Positions 1-13,689 of a DNA stretch of 64,000 nt are shown piece by piece. The notes beneath the pieces are model-generated. The model searched no databases. It was not told the origin of the DNA and saw nothing but the letters and a program-made list of their open reading frames with translations. Location: positions 88,848,001 through 88,912,000 of the forward strand of contig NC_045697.1 of the NCBI RefSeq assembly GCF_009834535.1. Direction: 5' to 3'. Source of the DNA: Camelus ferus (Eukaryota). Position numbers and translations under genes: made by a program. The stretch's first letter is position 1, and every line of letters begins with the position of its first letter.

Positions 1-114
1 AACCATTGCCCACCTCTTAAGCAAACAAGGTCCACAATCTTGGAATTCATGTAGGTAGAAACACGGCACACCAAATCAGGAAAAGTGAGGGGCTACAGGG
101 TAACACCTACTATG

Positions 115-365
115 CTGAGGAGTTCAAATCTCCTCTCTTGGATAATTCATACCCCAGGCTATTGAGGGAATCTAGAGAAGCCATGTTGAAAGCCTTTCAG
201 GAATATTGAGGAATCGTGGAGTGGAAAAAAAAAAAAAAAAAAAAAGACTGCACAATTAAGAGAAAATATCTAGATTTTCAAAAAAAAAAAAAAAGGAATA
301 CAAAGTTTCAACTTTCTGGCTGGCAAGTCAACACTGAGTTTGGAAAAAGAATAGCTTGGCTTATT
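115..365 (+). mobile_element. Probable ancient L3/CR1 LINE ORF2 remnant
   Basis: 120-170 translates EFKSPLLDNSYPRLLRE, then (frameshifted) EESW and ..IFKK, collinear with the CR1 ORF2 motif KSPGPDxxHPRVLRE...ExSW...PIFKKG. Confidence 0.5.
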
Positions 366-874
366 GAATGAAAGGCCTCTGGAATCCTTAATCAAAAATG
401 TAAGCTTTGCATATATCAGAATTTAATGGTGAGATATTCTAGATCTCTGTTTAGAACTTATTATAGATACACTCAGAAATGTTTAGTTTTGAAGTCATTG
501 ATATTTAACTAAATGTATTCTTTCTAATAAAAAAGGAATTACTTTACTGTAACTGAAATAATGGAGATGGCCAAAATCTCATGAAGCATACATGATCATT
601 GACTTCCAGAGCTATATTTAGGGATCATATTGTTCATTTTTCAAAAATTCTTACAGGCAAAGATTTATAGGCTGACCCAAGATTACATAGCTAGTTAGTT
701 CATATGTAAGTGATCCAAATTCCAGACAGGAATCAGACAAACATTTATAAGAATTTATTTATATAGCTGTGACATATTTTTCAAATATGATTCATTATAT
801 TTATTGAACACACACACATCCAGTGAGATAGGTGTGTAGAGAGAGAGGTTTGCATAGTAGTAAAGAAAACTTGC

Positions 875-983
875 TGGCTCTGTGGTGTTGGGTAATTACT
901 TAACGTATGTACTTTGGTTAACTCATTTCTCTAATGGAAAGATAATAGTACTTGCCCCAAAAGACTCTTTTGAGGATTTTATA

Positions 984-1028
<45 letters not shown>

Positions 1029-1085
1029 ACACATACATGTAACATAAAACATAGTCGGCACATGCATGTTAGTTTTTTTGTTTTA
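875..1085 (+). mobile_element. Degenerate MIR SINE interrupted by a GT microsatellite
   Basis: ttgggtaattacttaac...ctcatttctctaatggaaagataatagtac...tgaggatt...ggcacat resembles the MIR core. Confidence 0.55.
991..1024. repeat. (GT)17 microsatellite
   Basis: Perfect dinucleotide run read directly. Confidence 0.95.
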
Positions 1086-1944
1086 ACTATTAAAATATAG
1101 CAGGGGCTTGCTCAGTTCATGCACTCATCATCTATAATGAAGAGTCTTTCTATTACACCCTTATACCCAACATGTTTCTGGTGTGTGTACTGTGTCCTGA
1201 TGCATCTTTGATGTCATGTTTAGTTAGTGCCAATCTCGATTCTCCTTACTCTCAATTTAGTGTTCTTCCTTGCAAACACATATTCATTACATACTTATAT
1301 AAACACACACTTATATATGCATATTCTCTCAGAAATGCATTTACAAAGCTTCTTTCTCTCCCTCTCTCTTCTCTCTCTCTTTCTCACACACTTACAAACA
1401 AACACAAGCACACAGAATGTTGGCATGTTGGTTTCCAACTAGACCAAGTCATGAAATTATGGATAAAAGACAATTTAGAAATCTAAAAAATTCTATTAAG
1501 CTAAAAAGTCCTGATTGCATTAGAAGGTATTCAGATCAGTTATCTCTTACTCATTTATTTTTCTACTGTAGTTTAAGGACTATGCACACAAGTATGAAAA
1601 TTCACACATAATAATGGGAAGATAATTTCTATTTTCTGAATAACATTAATGATTATATTCTTGGGTGACCATCAGATGAGATCTCAAGAGTTCTTGATTC
1701 TTAAATCCACAGTTTTTAGCCTTTTGAAATACATTCATAGGTATGTATTTTCCTACATGAAAGTTTAGTACATATTTAATACATACCAGAGACGAGCAGT
1801 GACTTGTGTTGGTTGAGTCTAGGTTATATGACTTAGAATTCTAATTTATTGAGTTCCTTTCCTCAAAGTTTCTCCCTGGATCTAAGGAACTGCCTAGGTC
1901 TGTCATGACAGCTTGAAAACCAAAATCAACTTTTTATTAAATAC

Positions 1945-2125
1945 TTTCCTCTGTGCTAAGCACTTTGCTGGCATCATCAAGGTTTCATCTTCATAAAATG
2001 GTCTAAGATACATGTTATTATCCCAATTTTAAGATGAGGAGACAGGCTCAGAGAAATTAAGTGCTCAAGTTTCCATATTTAATAAGTTGCAGAGACAGAA
2101 TCTGAACTGTGGTCTTTCGAATTTG
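1945..2125 (-). mobile_element. MIR SINE
   Basis: attatcccaattttaagatgaggagacaggctcagagaaattaagtg is the reverse-complement MIR core. Confidence 0.7.
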
Positions 2126-3523
2126 AAAAGCTCATGTTATTTACAGCCTTGCAAGAAAGTTGGAGATGCTCTTTATAGGATGCAGTTGTAGCTATTGTGG
2201 ATCTTTTCTAAAGGAAGTGGTGCAGAGAATGTTAGTAGTTAGCAGATTTCTAACTACTGAGTCAGTCTTAACCATTCCCTAGACTAACTTGAGCCATTTG
2301 CTGTGATCAAAACCGTCCTATTAAATAGTGGAACTATAATAATTGTTTAGTACTTAATTTTGTACATTGTTTCCTGGGGTTTTCTTTTTATCAATGGTTC
2401 ATCCTTTTCTTAGTCTGGCTCTCATATATTTCCCACACATTCCTTGCCAGAGAGTAATGACAGTCCTACCCATTACTTCCCTCTCCACTCCACCCAACCC
2501 TGCCTGCTTCCTGGAAAAGAAGGAACCAGAATTCTTTTGCTCTCTCCTAATATTCATCCTCATCACTCTTAGATCTGATGGCATTTTTACAGTATAACTA
2601 TAAAAGATGACATTTCATCCTAGGAGAAAAATGTCCTGGTTATATCCAAGCTAAATGGATGGATGGTTTTTTCTCCATGACTTAATTTTGTGACTCAACT
2701 GGGGAAACTTCCAGTTTTATTAGCAGCTGTCTCCCCTTTTCTTATCAGATATTCAGCTTTTAGCACCTAGCTCAAAAGAGAAAACACATGGTTTGAAGTT
2801 ATTATTTAAACTTCACAAATTGTTCTTTCTAAACAATTTTTTTTTTCAGTTAGGGAAACAAATAACCCTGACTAGGATCTTTCAAACAAAGTTGTTAATA
2901 TTTGCAATCTATATAAACACTACATTTGAATGGAATGATTGTTTAGCTTTAGTCACATTAAGAAGTGTTGATAGGAGTGGAAACAGAAAGAAAAGATGTG
3001 TGTGTGTGTGTGTGTATTTTCCTCCCCTCAAAGGTTGAGAGTTGACTTTAAAGGGGAAAATGCTGAGTGTTTCTTAAAACAAAATGTGAACTTCTTTGTT
3101 TTCCCTGGTATCAGTTGCCAACATGTAAACATTTCAGGAAGAAATTTGACACTACCTCATCTGTGTGTCAGACAACATTTAATGGTTGAATGACAGATAG
3201 TCTTTAAGTCTGACCAGTTTTTCACTGGTGCACAAATCTGGGGACTAAAATGACGGTTGGTCCACAGTCTATTCTAATATAAACTCCAAGGTGGTCATGT
3301 AAAATCAGTTACTATCAACAAGGCAAGTGATCTTTATTTGGATTTCATATTTTCCTGTAAGTATTTCTCACCTTTCTTTAGGGCATTTTCTGTTTTGGAT
3401 GTTATATATAAAGTTTCTGATTCCTTTTGGAAGGCCTAGTTGAGTGGATCCTGGGTACACAATTTAATGGGTACCTTGCAGACATATGCAACGTTCATGC
3501 ATTGTTTCTTTCTCTCCTTGCAG

Positions 3524-3655
3524 GTAGAAATAACGCTTCAGGATATCAATGACAATCCACCAGTGTTTCCGACGGACACGCTGGACCTCACTGTGGAGGA
3601 GAACATCGGCGACGGCTCCAAGATCATGCAGCTGACAGCCATGGATGCTGATGAG
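3524..3655 (+). CDS. FAT4: FAT4 internal coding exon (1st in window), 132 nt, phase 0-0; cadherin repeat junction
   Basis: Polypyrimidine tract ttctttctctccttgcag| acceptor; translates VEITLQDINDNPPVFPTDTLDLTVEENIGDGSKIMQLTAMDADE (DxNDN and AxDxD cadherin motifs); donor GAG|gtagcg; joins next exon in frame. Confidence 0.95.
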
Positions 3656-6600
3656 GTAGCGCACAGCCTGGCCCTGAATTTTTGAAACTTAGTATTTCAG
3701 TGACCTATCGAATTTCTACTGTGTGTTGACAACTTTTATTACCCAATAACAAAGGTTAAGCATTGTGTGCTTTTTTCCAAAGATCATTAATTGTTGAAAT
3801 GTGATATAAGAATGCTAAGATGGGAGACTATCTAAAGGTAATTTTCCTTTGAACAGCAATTCACAACTCAGTTAATTGCTGGCTGCATTTTAGATTTCTT
3901 AGCCAAATTATTTTAAGTTCTCAAATAATAAAAACTATTTACAGATATAGCTTATTTTGTATGCATGTATCACTCTCATATGCTGGTAGCTGCTAAGAAT
4001 TTATTTTTATTTTATTTGTAATTGGAAAAGCAAATTATTTAAAATTTAAAAATTTAAGACTATCTTACAACTTTTCATTTAATTTGCATATGTATATATA
4101 TGTAAATATATATCTCAATAATAGCCTTATGTATTTTAAGGAAATTATCTAGGAAGCTAATGATTTTTCAATTCCATTAATAAACAGAAATTCTTTCCTA
4201 GGATGAATGTGAAATTTGGGGCACAATTTAGAATACTATCTTCTATATTAATATTTTAAGTTTAGCTATGCTATCTTCATGCTCCAAATGGCATGGAAAT
4301 TGGATAATTCGTAATTTACATTTTCCCATAAAAAAACAGCATCAATTGTTTTCTCCTTCTTGATGGATAAAAGGTTTAATTAATGTTCTAGAATTTCAGA
4401 CAGAGGAATAATGATCCTATACACCCCTTCTGCCCTTTCTCTTTAAGCTAAGCCCCAAACAGATTATTTAATTTCCTTACCCTCAGTTAAGCTCCAGAAG
4501 TATCTAAAAACTTGATTTTTGGCCTATTTTTTTAACTTTAAAAAGGTATATAATTCAATAACAGACTAATTCTAACAGCAAGTATAGAAATGTAATGACT
4601 TAGTCATCTATATATTTTGCCAAAATCTAACTAAGGAAAAGGAAACAAAATAAAGTGTAGGCATTTAGATAACTGTAGTTTTCTACTGGAAAAAAATGAT
4701 GTGTTAAGTTTTTACCTTCTACTCAATTTCATATAAAGTTTGTTCCCAGTCCCAGCTACCATTAAAAGAGTTATGTTGCTGCATATTTCTATTATTATTG
4801 AGAAAAATGAGATATCATCAGCTAAAATTTAGTAAATGCTTCATTTTCTTAAAACTCATCACTGATAATATATTTTGGATAGCTCAATTCATAAAATTTA
4901 ATTATATCTCATTTAGCAAAATAACAACAGCAAAAAAAAGCTCATGCAATTTCTATAAGCTCACGTAAATGATACATCAAATAATTGCAATTGTAATGAC
5001 TGCTCTATTGGCTATACTCTCTGTAGGAATAGAACACATAAACTGCATTTATTTCAGGTGACTTTTTCAAGGCATGAAGCAATAATCATGTTAATCATGA
5101 TATATATGTTATAATGAGATACACTGTTCTCTTAAGAACCGATTATTTGAAAGAGATGCCAACAGTCAACCCTTTTAATACTATCATGTTGGCACTGTTA
5201 TAATTTTATTTTCCTTCTTACATTTTCTTTTCAAGATATGACAAATAAGGGTTAATACAAATGCAATCCTGCCTGCATGTTTATTTTTCTCTGTCTGACT
5301 TTTCTGGGTGTGTATGTATGCTTGCACACACTTGCTTGTCTTGAAGTTCATCTTTTGAGATATGTTTATATTTAGGATGAGATTTGAAGACGGCTGAGAA
5401 GGTCCTTATGTCTCTAGGTATTTACATCAACAGGGTTTTATGGTACTTTGCTTTATTTCTATTGAGATTCTTTTTTTTTTTTAAGTTTAAAAAAATGTAA
5501 GTAACCATTTCTGGTATTACCGCTTAGGCATTCTAGTGTTTTTGTTTTTTTTAGGTACTGAACATAAGGTGATGATAGCTAGGATATGTGAGAAGTACCC
5601 TTGGGGTGAGACAGGGTGGGGAGTTAAAGAAGCAGAAACAAGTAAGGCTAGAAAGCTGAACAGACCAGGGTAAAGGAGGGAGGGTTGTTTGCAGTTCAGA
5701 GGGAGGTAGGGATGTTGACAATTTGTGCAGGCTGTTACTCTGCCTGAAGGCATAAAAACTACCACAGAGTATTTTATAAGACCTGTGTGCGGGCCAGGGG
5801 AGTGGAGGTGGAAGGGGAAAAAGGTAGAAGAGGATGGAAGGGAGGAAATTTCACCTACCACTTTAAAGGAAAGAAGGACATTTTTGTGAGACTGCTTTTG
5901 GACCATTATTTTTTAAAGATTAAGCTCATGAGGTTGTTTTCTTTCTTGAATACATTTTCTCTTAAATTTTTTAGTAGCATTTTAATGACCACTGACAATT
6001 TCAGCTCCTGACCTGAGGAACCAACATTTCTTTGGCTGTATGCCAAACACAGTGGATACCTAGGCTTCCTATGGCATTCAGAATTATTGGCTGTTTCCTT
6101 TTCTGCGTAGCTTGCAATAAATTACTATTAATGCTTTCAGGTAAAACGTCTATCTTCTACTCTCTTCTCAGCTCCTTACCTCTTAATTGAATTTGAAAAT
6201 CGGCATGTATATTTGAAATGTTTTCTCTCTTACCAAATCATGGCTCTGTTTTCTTTCTTCATCTAGTTTTGAGTAGGAATCAATACTGAAATGCAAGAGG
6301 TTTCTTTAACTTTGTGGCCAGCATTAAATTGTCACACAACTATATAGTGGATTGATTTTGAAAGATTAATAGACTTCTTTAAAACACTAAGATTATATAG
6401 GTCATCAGCAAGTTATGTCCATATATTCTTTAGTTTATATGCTTTTCCTTAATTATGAAATCGAGCACAGAAATACTAGTTTGTCAGAGAAACTCTAGTA
6501 GGGCGCTGGAGAAGAATGCCTGGGTAAAGGAATCTGTTTTAAAAAGCAACATGTACATGTTGAACGTAATTTAAATATCATTTGAAACGTGTTGGATCAA

Positions 6601-8079
6601 GATACACATCTCTCAGATGCACGTGACTTTGACAGTCTCTTGTTTCCTTTGATAAACAGAATTATTATGCTTGTAATGGGCTAGGAGACTCGAGCTTTGT
6701 TTCATGGTACCATACTTGTTTTTGAAAATACTGTTTAAGGTTGTAAAACGCACTTGCAATTTATAGCTATTTACTTTTAGAATTCCTTTCACGTGCTTTT
6801 GTCTCTGTGGTATCTCAGGAGAGCAGAATATTTTTAAACAGCATTATTTCCACTGTGCTGCAGCTGCAAGACGATATTTGTTTCTTATAGTATTGTGGAT
6901 ACTGCATATTTTGGAGATTAAATAAATAAACAGACTTTTCAAAAGGCCTAATTAAATCATTCCTCTTGGCCACGCATTTTCAGGCATCTCTAGAACTACC
7001 AGTTCACCACATCAGCTGATTTTGAATAGGAACAGACTTGTTTTATCAACATAGTCTGATGCCTTTGCTTCTGTTCAGAAGAATTATCATAAGTTTAGGA
7101 GTATTAATTATTATAGTCACTTTTTTGTAGACAGGACATTTCTAAATTGCAAACCACTTATGTAATAGCTTGAAATATGTTTCTGTTTCTTGGCTTTCCC
7201 CTAATTTCCAAATACCATTTTAATAGGTCAGAATTGAGTGTAGCTGTTTTTCCCTGGACTGTTTTACCAGAATAATGGAATTCCTTGTGAAATGGAATAA
7301 ATAGTACAGAATGTGGTCAGAGTAGAAGTCTAAAATTCTTATTGAATGTTTTTGTTAAACCATAGAATTACAGTAAATCTGTTAGATACTCCATGTACAC
7401 CTGAATATACAGGGTAAACGTGTGCAGTGTGTTAAACTGAGCTGTTCCGTTACTAAATTAAAATGTGCTCAGAGGCATTCCTGTTACTAAATTTTCAGAT
7501 TGGGTTAGAGAATGCAGTACAAAAATATAACAAATACCACTAGACAGAAATTTTGAAAGAGTGTTTTTCCCTTTGACTGCTGGAAGTCATCCCCTTATGT
7601 GTTTGATTATGCAGATAAAACATATTTAATCTATGATGGAAAAGATGTATGGAAGCTTTGAGTGCTGTAACTTCCTAGTATGCCAGCTTTAAAGTCCTAA
7701 ACCCCCTAAATTATGTTCTCCACAATACCTTCTCAAGAGATCTTAGCCTAGATATTTTAATAAATAAATTTCTCAAAGTATATTTGTTTTAGGTGAGTAT
7801 AATTTAAATCAAAAAACAATTTTTGAAGTTGACAGTTCCAATACCACATATCCCAGTGTCAAGACTCAATATAATAAGAAATCAGAAAATACTTTCCCTG
7901 GACTATATAGCAGTTCTAACCATATTTTGATATAAATTATTTATTTGCAAACATCTCAGTCATCAAATATACTTAACCCATTATATTTCTTTTATAAGAA
8001 AACAATAAAAATGGAAATAAAAATAAAAATTAGCATTGTTGTACACTTAAAACTTCTCAAGGAATGTTCTAATTTCACT

Positions 8080-8270
8080 ACATGTATTAACACCTTTAAT
8101 CCTCACAACAGCCTTATGTGGTAGGTAACATTACCAACCCCAATGTCCAGATAAGGAAACTTAGGCTCATAGAGGTTAAGTAGTGGCCCAGTGACACACA
8201 AATAATAAGTAGTGGAGCAGAGATTCAAGCCCAAAAATATGGCTCCAGAGCATCAGATCTCAACCAGTAC
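8080..8270 (-). mobile_element. MIR SINE
   Basis: tttaatcctcacaacagccttatgtggtaggt...cagataaggaaacttaggctcatagaggttaagtag...gattcaagccca...ggctccagag. Confidence 0.85.
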
Positions 8271-9084
8271 AGTGTGTGATGTTTAACTTAAGATTTCAGT
8301 TATAATATATATAATTTAAAATGTCTAAATCAAAATGCTCATAATTTCATATATATAAGTTTATAATAGATTTTAAAATACTGTAAAGTTAGCTTTCCCC
8401 ATCATCAAATCCAGATGGGTGCTGTAATTTTAATTCTCTTTAACTTTTTTATTTTTCACTTTGCTGAAATCAGCTCTTTCCTGAAGCCTTCCTTTTCACC
8501 GTGGTGGCAGACTGTTCCTCTGGGTCTTCTAGGTCCCTCATCTTCTCCCTCCATCAGTCCCTGTCTCTGCCCCTTCTTCCCACTCTCTAAACATTGCTAT
8601 TCAATCTTTATGACACTGTTCCTTTCTCTATCTATTCTCATTTAGATCCTCAACAAATCTTGTGGCTTTAACTGTCATCACCTACATATATCGACCTTCA
8701 GATAGTTTAATCAAACCCCTTCTCAAATCTCTGACCAACAGTCATTTCTGTGGTTGTAACCATTGCCACATAATCATGAAGCAATCCTTCAGTCTCTTAA
8801 CATATGATACATACAATTGTAAAATCTCACTGCCTAATTTCTCCTGCATCAAAGCAGATCATATCCTGAGATGTCTTCAAGAAGAGTACTCTCCTAATTC
8901 CCAAAGTAACTTGAAGTTAAATTTTTTTCTTCTCTTTCACTTCTGCTCCCACTGCATAGAGTTGTTAAAAGAAGGAAATGAGACTGTATGGGATTGTCAA
9001 ACAGATGAGAGCAATTGTTATTGTTATTTCTCTGTCAGTAACCTAGCAGATCTTACTAATTTGCTTTGTGCATTATGTTGGGTA

Positions 9085-9282
9085 CATAATGACTGAGAGT
9101 CTCGCTTCTGGAGCAAGACAGCAGGGTTCAAATTTCTATGTCTCAGTTTCTCTATCTTGAAAATGGGGAAGATAACAGTACTTCTCCAACTGGATTACCT
9201 TTAAATATTAAATCAGTTAGTGCCCATGAAGTGATGTCCTTAGAGTGGTGCTTGGCACTTAATAAACACTTAATAAATGTTC
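9085..9282 (+). mobile_element. MIR SINE (internally deleted)
   Basis: ctggagcaagacagcagggttcaaat...tctcagtttctctatcttgaaaatgggga...ttagagtggtgcttggcacttaataaacacttaataaatgtt. Confidence 0.8.
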
Positions 9283-10296
9283 TGTTTTCCTCAACCTTTC
9301 CGTACCTTCTGCCAGCTTCCTAGTTTAAACTTCAGATTTTACATGCTGCAGCTCAGAGGTCTGAGAGAACCCCTGAGTGCATCGCTGCTTTCATTTTACA
9401 GAACAGGGACTTGGAATCAGCAAACAACACAGATTGTATAGAGTTTCACCTTGAGGAGGTGAAGCCCCAGTCTCTTTGGGCCAAACTCTACTCAGTGTCT
9501 CCCTTCTCTGGCCTCTCCTCGCTCTAGTCCATCCTATGCTGTCAAGAACCTCAAAAGAAAATTGTTTCCAATTTTAAAAAAGATTGGTGGTTTCTTGTCC
9601 ATAGAATTCAAGCGGATTTGTTGAGATTCTCCAAACTGTACCCATAGCCTACTATTTTAGCTTTTCTTCTTTGTGCTATGTTAAAACTCTCCACGCTGCC
9701 AAACTGTTCCAAATCATCCCTCTCTCTTCTTGGTTCTTACAGTGCTTATGGCAAGCCTCCACTTACTGCATGCTTCATTTAATTACCTTCATGCAGAATC
9801 AGAAGGAACATGAGCTCAGAGTCAGGCAGACTGGGGTTTAAAATCCACACTCACGCTTACAGTGTGACTCTGCAAAGGTTAACTAGCATCTCAGAACCCC
9901 GTGTCTTCCTCTGTGAAATAGTATCTCCCGGAGTGTGCTGTCACAGGTCCTGGCCCAGAGCAAGCTTTTAGCCAACCTCTGGTTATGTGGTTGATAGTAT
10001 TAGCATCAGTCGTAATTTCCACAGTGACAGTTCTACTCTTTTCCATGTACACATTTAAATAATTTAAAAAATACATAGCTAAATAATGAAGTTGAGATTT
10101 CTTGTACTAGTTAACAGAGTGAATGGCGAAAGACTATGTAAAACACTACACAGACCTGTTAACGTTTTGAAATCTTATGGTATCACATGAAATTAAGCTC
10201 CAAAGCCTCACTATGTCAAATACCCATTCAGCACAAGGAGTAGTAAGTCTTAAAGGTCTCTTTTTAGCAGTTCAGATGCTGATCTTTTATTTGTAG

Positions 10297-10558
10297 GGTG
10301 CAAATGCTCTTGTCACATACACGATCATTAGCGGAGCAGATGACAGCTTCCGCATTGACCCCGAATCTGGAGATCTGATAGCTACCAAGAGGTTGGACAG
10401 AGAACGCCGTTCCAAATATTCCTTGCTGGTTCGTGCAGATGATGGTCTTCAGTCCTCGGATATGAGAATAAATATCACTGTCAGTGATGTGAACGACCAC
10501 ACACCCAGGTTCTCCAGGCCTGTGTACTCTTTTGACATCCCAGAGGACACGACCCCAG
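10297..10558 (+). CDS. FAT4: FAT4 coding exon (2nd in window), 262 nt, phase 0-1
   Basis: ttttatttgtag| acceptor; GANALVTYTIISGADDSFRIDPESGDLIATKRLDRERRSKYSLLVRADDGLQSSDMRINITVSDVNDHTPRFSRPVYSFDIPEDTTP; donor CAG|gtaggt. Confidence 0.96.
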
Positions 10559-11905
10559 GTAGGTGCATGCCCTTCAGTGTATTTTGCCAGGATTACCTTT
10601 GACTACAATTACGGACTGTTTTGGCTGCTCTTAAATTGTGATTAGATTTTACCATATGCTGCTAGTATAAATGCTGGATTTTTAAATGTTTTAATTAACC
10701 CACTTTGCTACAATTCCCAAGGACATTTCTAGACTTTTGAGAGCAAATGAGGGTAGCCATTAATCTGATTACTAATTACAGGTATTTCTGTTTCTGAAAG
10801 TACTTGTGCCATGCATTGTTAACTTATCTGGCAATCATTGTTTTGATACTAGGTTCCAATTTAAAAATTTGTAATGATGAAATTATTATAAAATGTCTAA
10901 TTTCTAATTTCTAGTGATGATTATTCTACTGTATATAGAAAGAACAAAGAAAAACATATGAAAAGCTGTGAATGCTGGTTCTAACACTTAACTATGTGAA
11001 CCAAGGCAATGAATTCATTTCTCAGCTTCAATTCCTTCTTAGCACAATGGAAACAACAATTCCTATTAGAATTAGAGTAAGGGTAATTTAGAAAACATGT
11101 ATGAGTTTGCTAACGTGGGGCCTGAGGATTAGCGGGTGCTCGATGAACGTTAGTAGAACAGGACTCCTGAATTATCACCTTGCTTTCTTGAACATATTAT
11201 GTTGTGACTGTTGAGTTTGAGTGCTCAATATCCATGCTTTTCCTGTGTGGGTGCTTCATCCCCACTATTGGAGATTCTTATCTAAAACTGAAATTTTATT
11301 CTGAATTACATTTGGAATGAGTTTGCTTAATAAGGTATATATTTTAGAAACTCATTTGACAAAGGAATGAAACATTTATACAAGACTACTTCCCACTGCA
11401 GTCTTTTCCCCAAGATGAATTGTGTATGTCCGCCATGAAATTCCCATCACATTTACGTCTTGCCTAATTATAGCAATGGCCATATGAGCTGTCAAGTGGT
11501 AGCCCCTCAGCACAAGTCTTGGTTACTGCTTGGAATCCCCAGTTCCTGATATTAGCAATGGGCCCCAATATATGCTTACTGAACTCATCAATGTTTTTAT
11601 GAATTGGTAGTGCCAGATGGAAAAATAATGTTAGAAGTAATGTTAATTCCTCAGAATATTTTCACTGCAACATACATATGATCTAGTGGACACCTAATAT
11701 GCTACCTACTTTGTTACTATTTGGGAATATTGGTATCAGTGTTAATGTAGAAATCTACAAAATGTTGTGTTCATTATACTTTCATACTGATTCTCTAGTT
11801 AAAATATTTAACTATACAAATAATTTTTTGGTGTCATATATATTCTCTTAGCAATACTCACTCTATCCTATTAATTTCAGACTATGAATTTATTCTTTTT
11901 GATAG

Positions 11906-12256
11906 GTTCTTTGGTAGCAGCTATTTTAGCTACAGATGATGACTCTGGTGTGAATGGAGAAATTACATATATTGTGAATGAAGATGATGAAGATGGCATT
12001 TTTTTCCTGAATCCAGTTACTGGAGTCTTTAATTTGACTCGAATGTTAGATTATGAAGCACAACAATATTATATCCTCACGGTTCGAGCTGAAGACGGTG
12101 GGGGACAATTTACTACCATCAGGGTTTATTTCAATATACTAGATGTAAATGATAACCCACCTATTTTCAGCTTGAATTCATATAGCACATCTTTAATGGA
12201 GAATCTACCTCTAGAATCTACTGTTCTTGTGTTTAATGTTACTGACGCAGATGATG
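11906..12256 (+). CDS. FAT4: FAT4 coding exon (3rd in window), 351 nt, phase 1-1
   Basis: ttctttttgatag| acceptor; (G)SLVAAILATDDDSGVNGEITY...LDYE...LDVNDNPPIF...VTDADD; donor ATG|gtatgt. Confidence 0.96.
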
Positions 12257-13372
12257 GTATGTACTTTATTTTATATACTTAAACTTTATTTAAAATGGCA
12301 TCAGATTTATATCGTATTTATTTACTGTATGCAGCTGTCACAAAATTGCATTTTGTAAATATAGGTCCAAAGTCAAGGAATAGGTTTATAATTTAACCAT
12401 GGAGGATTAAAATATTAAGTATTTTATTAGTTAAATGTTTATTTATAATAGTTACACAGCATGCATTGTTATCATCTTTTAAACTTTATCTTCCTTTTTT
12501 CTCCCTAAATGTGTGACACTATTGCAGTTTAGTAATGTAGAAGTCATGAAATAGACTTTTCGATACATTTTGTCAGATAAATAAAAATATTTGCTTATGC
12601 ATATTCTTTTAACATAAAAAGGATAAAATTTGGATGTAAAAGAAAAACCAGAGTCTCAAAAAATACTTAAGAATTCATAATTGGTTTTGTACTTTTGACT
12701 GAAAACTGCTCATAGTATCTTAATAAGCTTTCATGCTTTGACTCAAAGGGCAGTCTCAGATCTCTTTTAACTTATGCTATATAATCAAGTTGAGCTTTTT
12801 ACATTAAATCTAAACTTTAGTGTTTTATTTTTATTTATTGCAAAAGCATTTGACAAGCTTTATTTTAAAATATGAATCTCCTGGACTTTCTTCTAAGACC
12901 TATTTTGGAAATACACATATCAGATAATACAACCATAGAGACAGCATTGTACAGATTATCAGTCTTTAACTAAACCGGAAAGTTAATACCTTAGTTTTCC
13001 CTTCTGTTAGATGCAGTGAAATGCTCTTTCAGTTGAGGAAACAAGAGACAGTATTTTAAGAGGAAGTAAGTCTCTAGCCCAAGGATATGTCTCACGACAT
13101 AGACATATCAACCTTAATTTAGAATTTCCTGGTTCTTGCTGACTTTAATGATTTGTGTAATCTCAGAACACCTTTCCGTTTCTATACTTAGTTTCCTTCC
13201 AGGATTGTCTAGAATTGCCACTTAGAAACATACAAGAGGCAAAAAGCACAATATTTTATGTATCTTTCAATTCACAAAATTAGAAATTATTTCTTTAGAG
13301 TTTATTAAGTGCATTTTAAAGTTTCCACTCTTATTTAAGCACAGTTAATATTGGACACACATTTGTCAAGTA

Positions 13373-13689
13373 TAGCCATCCCTTGGTAACTACAGAGGAC
13401 TGGTTCCAGGACCCCTGTTGATATCCAAATCTAAGACGCTCAAGTCCCTGATATAAAATGGTGTTCTATTTGCATATAACTCAAAACATCCTCCTGTCTA
13501 CTTTAAATCATCTCTAGATCACTTATAATACTTAATACAATGTATATGCTATGTAAATAGTTGCTAGTGCGTGGGAAATTCAAGTTTTGCATTTTGGAAC
13601 TTTCTGGAATCTTTTTTTTCCCCAAATATTTTTGATCTGCATTGGTTGAATCTGTGGATGCAGAACCAGCAAATATGATGAGCCAACTG
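13373..13689 (+). mobile_element. MER2/MER2B non-autonomous Tigger (Tc1/mariner) DNA transposon, full length
   Basis: ggttccaggacccc...gctcaagtccctgatataaaatgg...tttaaatcatctctagat...caactg; flanked by TA dinucleotides (13371-72, 13690-91), the Tc1/mariner TSD. Confidence 0.88.

Noticed and set aside
5780..5850. Purine/G-rich tract as a G-quadruplex
   Set aside because: G-runs are mostly GG with long irregular loops; no compact four-GGG motif.
6491..6510. CTCF-like motifs (ctctagtagggcgct; also ~36640 and ~47115)
   Set aside because: Spacing or core positions do not fit the CCASYAGRKGGCRS consensus without gaps.
10261..10296. Extra upstream AGs (tag/cag/ttcag) as alternative acceptors
   Set aside because: Two shift the frame (+29, +26 nt), and the in-frame one (+21 nt) ends in a TAG stop.
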